Shown here: positions 54,101 through 64,000 of the stretch, in pieces
Layout of the letters: every line of letters begins with the position of its first letter
Position numbering within the stretch: the first letter of the stretch is position 1
Position numbers and translations under genes: made by a program
Notes under the pieces: generated by a model
The model's input: only the letters and a program-made list of their open reading frames with translations
Told to the model about the DNA's origin: nothing
Databases searched by the model: none
Assembly: GCA_002245135.1 (NCBI GenBank)
Contig: NGBS01000595.1
Span: 62,001-126,000 of the forward strand
Direction of reading: 5' to 3'
Length of the DNA: 64,000 nucleotides
DNA from: Proteromonas lacertae
Lineage: Eukaryota

Positions 54101-56060
54101 ATCCCCACATCTTTTGTGGGTGTGCTATCTTGTCTTCATATATTTTCATTATATTATTTTGAATCTCTAAGAATTTGTTAACTAATCTTGTTTCTAACAC
54201 TGATGGATCTTCACCTGGTTTTAATTCATCAAAGTATGTTTTTTCTGGAATTGTACCAGGATACTGAGAACTGATGTGTATGCACCAGGTGCTCATGACA
54301 TGTTTCTTGTATGCTCCTTTTGCATTTTTGATAACTGTATTTGATGGCAAATCTTCTTGGTATGTCTCAGTGTCCCAGTATAGTACCACAGGCATCATTT
54401 GCATAAATTTATAATTTTTGAATGATATCATAGTTCCTGGATCTGGGAACTCTCTGATAATACCTCTGTTGTTGGATACTTGACAATTTATTTTTGATGA
54501 TATTGGAATGATTTATCGCTGAATAATCTACAGAAGCAATATGGACATCTTTCTACATAATTACTACATTTTTGTTTTAATGGTAATAAAAATGCATTGA
54601 GGTTGATAATTGGGTAAAAATGATTTCCATAGAACAATACATTGGCATGAGGCCAAATTTTGAATTTATCTATCTGAGTGACATATAATGGTATAGCTTC
54701 ATCAAAATCCACTGTAAATATGTTAAGAGTGATTTTGTTATTTTTCTCAAACTGACGTATACCATTTTGATGATTTATAGGATCTAATGGAAATTCTAAG
54801 TAATCTGTGTTATAAGATTGCACATAATGTTTGTAAAAGCTTGCATGATTTCTATTCTTAGGAAATTCCATATAATGAATTGATGCAGCTACTGCATACA
54901 GAAAACATATATTTTGTCTACCAACTGCTTTACTGAATTTCAATTGTATAATGCATCTTTTCTTACTTATGTCATTAGGTAACTCTACTTTTTCGATTTC
55001 ACTATCATTGGTAGCAGAACCAGCTGTGACAATAGAACGAGCCAAATTAATTACTACTTCATTAATCCATCTAAATCTTAAATCTGATTTTTGAGTATTG
55101 AATATCTCACCCATATTGTCATATAAGTGGTTATATAATTTTTCTGGTTAAACACCACCTAAATCACCTTTAGTGCAAATTACAATATCAGTGTCAAAAC
55201 TCTTCCAGTTTGTCATAGTTTCTTCAGATTCTGCAGTTTCTATTACATCTGCTGAGATATAAGCTACTTTGAAAGTAAAATAAATTTTTGCATATCCAAA
55301 GTAATCTATGAAATTTCTAATTTTTACCATACACTCTGGAATTGACTGTTGTTGTTCTTCTTCTTGCTGTTGTTGCTTATTTCTATCTCTTGTATATCCA
55401 GTTAACTCTTCAAACACTCTTTCTGGTGATTTTGCGATTTCAAATTTTGGATGATCTTTCTACATTCTCCATTAATTCTCTTCTCTGTGGTATAGGTAAT
55501 CTTCTTATTTGTTGTGGATGATTTTCTAACACATCTAATGCCTCCAATGTATCTTTCATTTCTTCTTTGGTTTCATTACTCACATTTGGTGCTTGAGGAT
55601 GTGTCTCTGGTATATCTGACACAGGTGGTGCAATTTGATGTGGAGACTCTGGAATTTCATCATCTTCTAAATATCGTTGAAATTGTTCAGCGCTCACTCT
55701 ACGAACTTTGGGTGATGGAGGTGGCTCAGCTTGGATGGTTGGTCTTCTCAGTGGTGTTTGGTACTGCGGGTTCTGCACTATCTGCACAGGTGGTCTAGGC
55801 AGTATAGGCCTAAATGAACTTTGACTCAAAGTGTTGACTGGGTTTTGCAATGGAGGTGGTTGTTGCTGTACTGATTGTTGCTGGGTATACAATGGTGGTG
55901 GAGGTGCATACATGGGCATAGGCGGTGGTGCCATCATAGGTTGAGGTGCATAGTAGTACATGGGCTGCATAGGAGGCATGCCAGGGTTGTATGAACCTGT
56001 AGTACCTGCTCCATACATAGGATGAAACATATTATAAGGATAAGGGTATCCTGGGTACAT
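51176..56060 (-). pseudogene. Protein-primed DNA polymerase B with endonuclease-VII-like insert and Pro/Gln-rich N-terminus; four disablements
   Basis: WDTET, HHDHFTG..CNKCN, HNSKNYD, FIDS, KGHFPYEY, DYNSLYP, KLLLNSAYGK, TDTDS; frameshifts near 55443, 54490, 53580 and in-frame TAA at 55148-55150. Confidence 0.93.
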
Positions 56061-56628
56061 CTTTGACTTCAAGAATCTTGAATCTTGAATGTTTAATCTG
56101 AGTGGCTAGTTTGGTACTCTAAACCAATAGAAATCGATTGCAATATGATTGGACCACGTATCTGCATTAGCCAATGAAATATAATTAAAAATCTAAAAAT
56201 GCAAAAATATATCCGTTTCAAAATTTTTATAATTTTTTTAAATTATGAACATAGACAATGCTAGAAAAAATTTTGATATGTGGGAACAGTATATACATAA
56301 CATTGTGAATAGTTTACCGAGTGATGAAGAAATTTTAAAAGCATCGCCAGAAGAGATATCCAGATATGCTAAGAAGGCAGCAAAATTAATACCATTGCTT
56401 TAAAAAAATTAATGATGAGTGTGATGATGAATTTAGTGAGAAAATTCAAAAATTAAAAAATGAAATGTTAGCTAAAAAAGAAGCATCTGCTTTATTACTT
56501 ATTGAGTTAATGGATCAGCTTAATTTTTAATTATTTTCTTATGTTATTATGACTATAGTTATATATAAATATATAAACCCAAAAAATATTTTGATCCTGA
56601 AACGGATATAATTTTACTTCTCTCATGT

Positions 56629-57324
56629 TTATGCACAAGGATCCACTATAATACCTTTAGCAATTAAATCTTCAATCAAATGGCTTTTGCTAGGCTCCCA
56701 ACATATTTTGATATGCTGTTGAACCCAATTGTAAGGTAATGTTGTATCTAAGACAACTGGAGCTCTTGGAAGTATAATCTCATAAGAACTGTGCTCTTTG
56801 CATATCTGAAATAATGGATTCTTTAAATGAAACTGAGGTCCAAGTATTGTGATTCTTGCATTGTTATCCATTAAAAAATTATTACTTTCAGGACATATCT
56901 TCAGGTAGCATTGTATTCCTTCAATTTTATCATCTTCAGGATATGTTAATTGGTATAGAGGTTCTGAATTATCATTCTTACACTTGTAGACCATATAACC
57001 AATTTTGCTGTCAAAGACCACATCTTTTATATTTCCAACATGGTTTCCCATAGGATTGCATACAAATTCTTCCATACCTGGATCCATCTTCGGAATGTCA
57101 AAATGATCCTCCTTTTTGATTTTATATTTCTTACACATGAATTCTTCATACTCTACATCTTCTCTAAAATCATCCCAGCTGACATACTTCTGTACCCAAG
57201 GATCACCTAGACTTGTTCTAACATGTGGTCTAAAGCACTGAGGAAATATTACCTTCCATTCCTTCTTATCCTCATTGACTTGTAAATGAGGTTCATTGAT
57301 AGTATAGTCTGGACCACACAACAT
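56629..57324 (-). CDS. TIR-encoded 231-aa protein (copy 2)
   Basis: Identical translation to 38548-39243. Confidence 0.75.
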   Translation of the reverse strand: MLCGPDYTINEPHLQVNEDKKEWKVIFPQCFRPHVRTSLGDPWVQKYVSWDDFREDVEYEEFMCKKYKIKKEDHFDIPKMDPGMEEFVCNPMGNHVGNIKDVVFDSKIGYMVYKCKNDNSEPLYQLTYPEDDKIEGIQCYLKICPESNNFLMDNNARITILGPQFHLKNPLFQICKEHSSYEIILPRAPVVLDTTLPYNWVQQHIKICWEPSKSHLIEDLIAKGIIVDPCA

Positions 57325-57624
57325 GATTTTTGATATTTTCTTCTAAAAGCTTCTTATTTGTCTCAGGAGGTATTATGAGTATAGTACAGGCACTTGATGT
57401 GATCTGTACCACTAATAAATCCATTAATACGTAAGTTTTAGGAGTAATCATAATATCTTGTGAAACGAATATTTTTTTTATTTTATATCAATTAATTGGT
57501 TAGTTGATAAAGATATATGTTTTGACCAATCATATTGGAACACGTATAGGAGTCATCCAATTAGGTTTCAAGAAAATAAAAAATATATCCGTTTCACTCT
57601 CTATCATTAATTTTCAATATTAAC

Positions 57625-58179
57625 ATGTCTAAACATCAAAGATCCTATGATGAGTTATATCATAGAGATTTTCAGATGATAGTGGATGGTGTTCCTGGCT
57701 TAATTAAAAAAGTTAGAGATATTAGAGGTATTATCCAACCATTTGCAGCTAAAGGATCCAGAGGTGTATACAAGGCGATGGCTATTAAACAACAAGAGTT
57801 ATTTCAGAACTATTTGGATGAATGTATTATTAAATTAGATTCAATATACACGGCAGCATATGGTACTCTCAGCTTCAGTTCAGAGATATTGTTATACTGC
57901 AGAAGATTAACATTTCAGAGAGAATTGGAGTTTATTAGAGATAATGGTTGCAAATGGCATGATGTGATGAAATTTTATGGAGACCAGACAGCATCAGTCA
58001 GAAGTAAGCTCCATACATTCCTTGTTGATGATATATTCAAATGGGATGAAGCAGTTGGGCAAGCTATAAACATATATTATAACTTCCCTTCAGAAGTTAT
58101 ACCACCAAGAATACAATTATATAGTAAGTTGGAAATCGATGGAGTTAAGTCAATCAAAAAAGTTAAGAAGAATCATTAA
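57625..58179 (+). CDS. TIR-encoded 184-aa protein (copy 2)
   Basis: Identical translation to 37693-38247. Confidence 0.75.
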   Translation: MSKHQRSYDELYHRDFQMIVDGVPGLIKKVRDIRGIIQPFAAKGSRGVYKAMAIKQQELFQNYLDECIIKLDSIYTAAYGTLSFSSEILLYCRRLTFQRELEFIRDNGCKWHDVMKFYGDQTASVRSKLHTFLVDDIFKWDEAVGQAINIYYNFPSEVIPPRIQLYSKLEIDGVKSIKKVKKNH

Positions 58180-58406
58180 AATAATTATACTCAAAGTAAA
58201 AGTTAACTGCTTTATTTGATTGTGTGTTTGTTGAGTAATAAAATGTATCAATATTAGTTATGTATTCTGGGTTGTTACTAAATAATATAAAAAATTTAAA
58301 AAAGAAAAAATGTAACGAATATTTTTTTGGGTAACAAAATGTAACGATCAAAAATCAATAGGGGGTTATGTATAGGTATACATAACCACCTTTCTTTCAT
58401 TATTAT

Positions 58407-58700
58407 TGAAATAACCAAGACATTTACATTAGATAATATCTTTATAATGAATTTAGCAAGATTTGAAGATCAATATGATGAGATAGTAGTTGGTGCCCAA
58501 GATAAAGCAAAGATTGAAAATATGATATGAGAAAGAAAAGAAATTAAATGAAAAATACAAATAAAAAAATGAAAGTGGAATAGTGTTGATAATGGTTTTA
58601 GAAGAATTATAGTAGAATAAGATGATAATTATTCTTTCTTCTTCTAGAAATATTATTACCAAATTGATGAAAAATACATTTTCAATAATCAGAATTTATA
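58407..58700 (+). pseudogene. Axonemal dynein heavy chain remnant, right part
   Basis: EITKTFTLDNIFIMNLARFEDQYDEIVVGAQDKAKIENMI continues the left flank once the element is removed. Confidence 0.72.
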
Positions 58701-59519
58701 TAAATAAAAAGAATTATTGGTAAATTGTATTGAATGATTACTATAATAATACAACACATATAACAATTGTAATGAATGATTGGTAAATTATTACATTGGT
58801 ATAATTTAAAATAGTCAAAAGAAAAGAAAAAAGAAGATATATTTTTATAAATATTGTTACACTTACGTCTTAAATAATGAATTATTTTTTTTGGGGGGGT
58901 AAGAGTATTATAAAATAACACAGTAAAATATCTATAAAAGCTATTCTACTACTATAATTTCTATAAATATATATCATTCTATCTATTCCTATTATAATCT
59001 CTATCATAGGTTTGTCTAGGAGACATTTTTCACTTCTCAATTTTCTTCTGTAACTTATGTGTATCATTTCATAATCATTGATACTATTATATAAAACAAA
59101 AATCAACACATAAATTATAATTTTGTAAATTATACAAAAGAAGCTAAGTGTTAAAAATATACTGAAATTAGCTACACACTGAAATGAATGATTTTTATAG
59201 AAGGTATTGAAATATGAAATACATTAATTTGTTGTAGCTTTGAGATTCAAGTCGATTAAAGATTGTATTTCTGTTTATATTGTAGATATTAACTTTGTAA
59301 CTAAAATTATAGATTTAGGTGAAAAACATGTGCATATAAAACAAGTGTTTATATCAAAATATTGATTTTAGTACAAATAAGGGGGTAAGAAAATTCAAGA
59401 TTTTAGTTACATTTTTTTATTTATATCAACAACAGAAGTGAGTTATAAGCTAATATTTTATATTATTCATGTACTTAATATGTATTAATAGATTATGTAA
59501 AAATATTTGTTACATAGAC

Positions 59520-59669
59520 TAATTAAGTTATATCTTGACGTGTCTATCATATACAAAATGTTAATATAAAAGTAACAATTTTTCATTAAAAGAAGTGTAA
59601 TTGTGTATTTAGTTTGTTTTGAAAGTTTCTGGTAGACAAACGGCCAACTCTGACAAACGGCGCACAACA
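59520..59669 (-). repeat. Right terminal inverted repeat of the TGT...ACA (Ginger-like) family
   Basis: ...GGCCAACTCTGACAAACGGCGCACAACA, reverse complement of 31864 onward. Confidence 0.88.
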
Positions 59670-60340
59670 AATAATATTTTAAGAGTAATGACTATTTCAA
59701 CTTCAGATTCTTCTCCTTCACATGATTCACTCTCTTCATTGTTATTGTTATAAACCTTATGTTTCTTAAAACAAAATAATTCATCTGCTAAATTAATATC
59801 GCTAATCCCACTAAAATTATTTAATATATATTTTATAATAGTATTACTTTTTTCTTCACCAAGACTGTTTTGTATTTGTAGAAACTATAAAATATATAGT
59901 AATGGCTACAGACCATTAGGCTCGAATGTTGTGCCACCAAGCTAGACCACGAGTAACGCATCTTTTTTTATAACTTGTTTGATCAAACCTCAATTCTATT
60001 TTTCACAATCTTTATTTATTCAATAACGGTTGGACGTAACGCAATTATAACCGTTGCAAACGGTTACACTATCGGTTACGCGTCGGTTACACTACTCAGA
60101 TGTAACCGTTGACCAACCGTTACACATTTACTCAATTATACTCATTCTTTCACATATACACCTAGACTCGTTTTAGCTTTCCCTGTTGTTTATGATTTTG
60201 AATTCGATTAAGCTTTCCCTTTATATATATATATATTATAATAAACTCAAAACAACACAATTCAATGATAGAATGATTTAAGGAATTATAATCTATATTC
60301 AATTCTAAGTCATCTGGAAGATTCAACATTCTTCTTACTC

Positions 60341-61980
60341 TTGGATCCACTATCTTGGATCCAAAAATTTAATAGAATAATGGGCAGAGATTTCAATAAT
60401 ATATTCAATACAGAGAGAAGTGATTTGAAGTATAAACATATAGCTTTAGTTGAGATGATAATGATAAGAACATCATTAAGTACTGAATCAGCAACAGACA
60501 ATGTGAATATACTATTACCTGAAAGTTTAGTAAGAAGAAAGTGTTTAATTAACTTAACCAATTATAGCAAAGAAGCTGAGAGTATGTGTTTTATATACAG
60601 TGTTGCAGCAGGACTACATCATATGGAGTTTATAGATCATCGCAATAGAGCTATGAAGTATAAAGAGTATGTTTATAGAATGAATTTAACATCTTTAAAG
60701 TTTCCAGTAGATCCTGTCAATGATAGTGATAGAATTGAAGTGTTTGAAGAAATGAATCATATAACTATCAATATATTTACTATAGTAGATAAAGAGCCAA
60801 TACCTCTGTATGGAACTTAAATAGATAAAATGTTACATTATCCACATGTCAACATATTGTTTTACAAAGAACATTTTATGACAATTATCGTTGTCACAAT
60901 TACTACACTAGGTGTCCATACAGTTTTTATGCTTTATCAACAGATCAAGCATTCAAACTCCACAATACAACTAGTTGTCAATTACAAAGAGGATTCATTC
61001 GTCAATTCCCACCACCAGATACTTTCTTGGAATTCCATAACTATAAGTTTATACAAGTGATTCCTGTTGTGTTATACTGGGATACAGATGTAATACAAGT
61101 ACCAATAGATTATTCAAAAGCATGTATTAAGTAGTTGGTGTATACATATAAGTTCAAGGTATCCTGATATTATCAGTGAAGAAACTTTCTTTGGTAAGTT
61201 AGGTCTACAACAAGATCCAGAAGACTTAGAGATGGAGTTGGTCAGAAAGTTTGTAGAAATAGAAGGGTATGTATTATCCAAAAATGAAGACTATAAAAGT
61301 GGAGAGCTAAAGCCTTTGGATGAAACTACTTATATACCTTTGCATTGAAAAATAACAAAGTGTATGTGGTGCAACACTCCATTTGATGAAAATGATAAGA
61401 ATAGAAGTCGCACAAGACATCATGACCATTTTACAGGTAAGTATATTGCAACCTTATGTTCAAACTGTAATTGGCACTGTAGCTTACAACATCTTCCAAT
61501 ACCTTGTGTTGCACATAATAGTTAGAACTATGATAATAACTTTATAATACGTGGATTATCAAAGTTAGATAAAGAAATGGAAGCAGAGTGGAATGCATCA
61601 TTAGAGCAACAACAACAACCAGTTCAACCACCAATACCAATACCAGATACAACTGTTGATGAAAGATTAGCTGAATATAATAGATGTATTGAAGAAGAAA
61701 AGAAACAAGAAGAGGAAGAAGAAGATAGATTAGTAGATATATCAACTCAAGAAGATTATGAAGATGAAGAAGATATACCATTACCAATAGAACCACCAAA
61801 TACAATTGAAATAGTAGATGAAAATGATCCCAACAACGAAGAAGCTTTTAATGAGTTATATTATATGTTACATAGTAGAGAAGAATAAATATCACCAAGA
61901 ACAGCTGAAGATCATGGTTTAGAAGAAGAAATGGGAAATAGAGTTACATCTCAACCAATAACAACTCCGCCAAAGAATAA
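60341..61980 (+). pseudogene. Second Polinton pPolB N-terminal fragment
   Basis: Collinear with 53565-55114: CFIYSVAAGLH, FPVDP, IPVVLYWDTD, HHDHFTGKYIATLCSNCNWHC, AHNS*NYD; many stops. Confidence 0.9.
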
Positions 61981-62366
61981 TAACAATTATATCAGCTACA
62001 GAGTAATAACATTCTCTAACCATAACATATAAATCACCATCATCTTAACCAAAACTAGGATAACCAATCACATCATAAACATGTTTAATCATCTCATATT
62101 AATTTCTTTCATTTGACTCTAACCATGCTTTACCAATCACATTATTGAATTCATTTCTATTAATCACTACGTCTTCAACAATATCTTTAATCATTTCTCT
62201 AATTGTTTTATCATCATCAGCTTTCTTACCTAAATTGTTTGTTATCGTTGTAATAGACTTAGTTATAGCACCTGTATCTATTGAAACAGCTTGTTTTTTT
62301 AAGGGACCACCAAACATAAAATATAATAAAAGAATGATAAAAATTAAGTTACTAGCATTATGAGGA

Positions 62367-63215
62367 TTATTCTGAATCATCATCAGTATCGGACGAATCA
62401 TAGGAAGAAGAGGAGGAGGAACTAATGCTGGTATTTTCATTATCACTTTTATAACCATTACTATCGTTTTTAATTTTCATATTAAAGTTTACACGAAATT
62501 CATGATTGCACAAATCGATGTAGAGGAATGAATGATTACTGTAATTAGTTGCATACTTGTAATATCCTCTAAACTTACTAAAATCTACCCACAAATCTAA
62601 ACTATTATGAACATTGTGTAGATTAGCTAAACTTAGATTTCTAAATACTAAGCAATAATCTAATTGTAGACGAACAGATGGTGTTAAATCTGTAACATAT
62701 TGACTTGATATAATTACTTTTGACTTGTAATGACGGTTTGATTTGAGTAGTTTTGAAAAGGCCTTAGTTGATAAATCGAATGATATATCATCGAATATAA
62801 AGATATTTTCTGGGTAATTGTAGTTTTCTTTATCTACTTCTTTGATATTTTCTAATACTGCTTCTAATACATTCACTTTATCTTCATTTACTATAGAATC
62901 GTAACAATGGTACTCTAGTAAATTGTACTTCAACATATCAGTGATCTTTTCATAAATAATATCCTTTGAAATTGTTCCTACAAAGAATTATACAGTTTGA
63001 TCATAATTCTTCTTTAACAAGTGTTGTATCATGTTAAATATAAGCGTTGTCTTTCCACTGTTCTTCTTAGCTAATATAAATATATTGCAAAAAGGCTCTT
63101 CAAAATAATCATAGCCTAGAACATTATCTCTTGATCTCTATTTAGTACCTTTGACTACTGATTCTACTGGCGTTATGACAACGTCATTACATTTCTCTAG
63201 TTTTATTTTACTCAT
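62367..63215 (-). pseudogene. Polinton A32/FtsK-like packaging ATPase with in-frame stops
   Basis: Walker A AKKNSGKTT, Walker B FIFDD, NRHY..SSQ motifs; two stops upstream of the 189-aa ORF. Confidence 0.88.
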
Positions 63216-63277
63216 TTAAAGAAAAAAATAAAAAACAATTATAAGGAATATAGTCATTATGTTAGTTATTAGTTAGT

Positions 63278-64000
63278 TTAAATAACACTTACAATTCCCC
63301 TTCCATTAATTGTACACATTCTTCCTGTAACTATATAAAAACGATGAGTGATATTGTAGTTAGTGAAATCATTTGTACCAGGAGCAGACAACTAAAAAGT
63401 GATCTTTAAGTCACTAGCTAATGGTCTTCCTGATTGATTCTTAATATTATCCAAGTCTTTAGATCCAAAATTCAAAATTTCAAAGAACTTCTTTTCAAAA
63501 GGAATATGTCTTTTGAATATATCAAACCATGAATCTTTGATATAATCTTGTACAGTCATGTAACTATCATAATACTGCATTAATGAATAGTCTGGTTGAT
63601 ACACAAAATCGTTAATCATCCATCTGAATTGTGCATTTTCAGGAATTACTGCATATCTATTTGTTGCTGTTCCACTCTTACCATCGTGTGCTGTTTGAGT
63701 TCCTTCGATCCATGGTCTACAGATAATGTAACGTAAGAATGGTCCATTTGAACTGTTCAATGTAAAGGAATAGTTAAATTGTCCACATCCACCTTGATTT
63801 ACTGTTAATGTATGGCACTTTACATCATTGAACTGGATTGGTTTAGATAAACAATAACTTCTTGTATTGTTATTACATTGAGTATCCTTATTCAAATAAG
63901 CATAGAAATAAAAGTTCTTGAATTTAATTGAATCTGGTCTTATTCCAGCTGCAGGCCAGTTCATTGTTGTTTCATTACCTTTATCATTATTAAAACCCAT
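63278..64000 (-). pseudogene. Probable Polinton major capsid protein C-terminal part (runs off window)
   Basis: Beta-rich 202-aa ORF directly upstream of ATPase, continuing past one TAG for ~37 codons; call rests on context and composition only. Confidence 0.5.

Larger units (their letters stand above)
37466..58406. mobile_element. Polinton/Maverick-type element, 20,941 bp, non-autonomous, with host cargo
   Basis: 1,840-bp TIRs, TSD TGAAAT (37460-37465, 58407-58412), pPolB, rve integrase and adenain-like protease sequences. Confidence 0.95.
56567..58406 (-). repeat. Right TIR of Polinton (1,840 bp)
   Basis: Reverse complement of 37466-39305. Confidence 0.97.

Noticed and set aside
53560..55450. 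Programmed frameshifting or introns in pPolB
   Set aside because: No slippery heptamers or GT-AG introns at the breaks, one break is a plain TAA, and the second copy reads through one junction
31859..59674. TSD for the large Ginger-like pair
   Set aside because: Flanks CTATG and AATAA differ, so a single clean insertion is not shown
59940..60125. CRISPR-like array
   Set aside because: Repeats are 7-10 nt, in mixed orientation, without regular spacers; eukaryotic context, no cas genes
61980..62340. RCC1-like host fragment between pPolB and ATPase
   Set aside because: Only a weak DGDLYVM-like resemblance in a broken frame; not enough to call

Overview
AT-rich eukaryotic DNA with many short (~28-40 nt) GT-AG introns. 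A mastigoneme-family gene points to a stramenopile, and the gene structure is Blastocystis-like (inference). Bases 1-25.7 kb are a compact array of ~18 intact host genes (mitochondrial Hsp70, G-protein gamma, NT5C3, SMYD, MFSD5, TrmO, cyclin, PRMT7, Maf and others). From 25.8 kb on the window is a nest of mobile elements: a decayed hAT, an IS630/Tc1 transposase split by a 616-bp TGT...ACA foldback element with a 5-bp TSD, and two facing ends of the same family (31864 and 59669). Between those two ends lie decayed axonemal genes (Hydin and an axonemal dynein heavy chain). Inserted into the dynein remnant is a 20,941-bp Polinton/Maverick (37466-58406) with a perfect TGAAAT target-site duplication and 1,840-bp terminal inverted repeats, each carrying two intact unknown ORFs. 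Its pPolB and integrase are disabled, no capsid or ATPase gene was recognised in it, and it carries host cargo (a 3' Hydin fragment and an ABCG fragment). A second decayed Polinton (pPolB fragment, packaging ATPase, probable capsid) runs off the right edge. All homology calls are by motif recognition and no database search was run.
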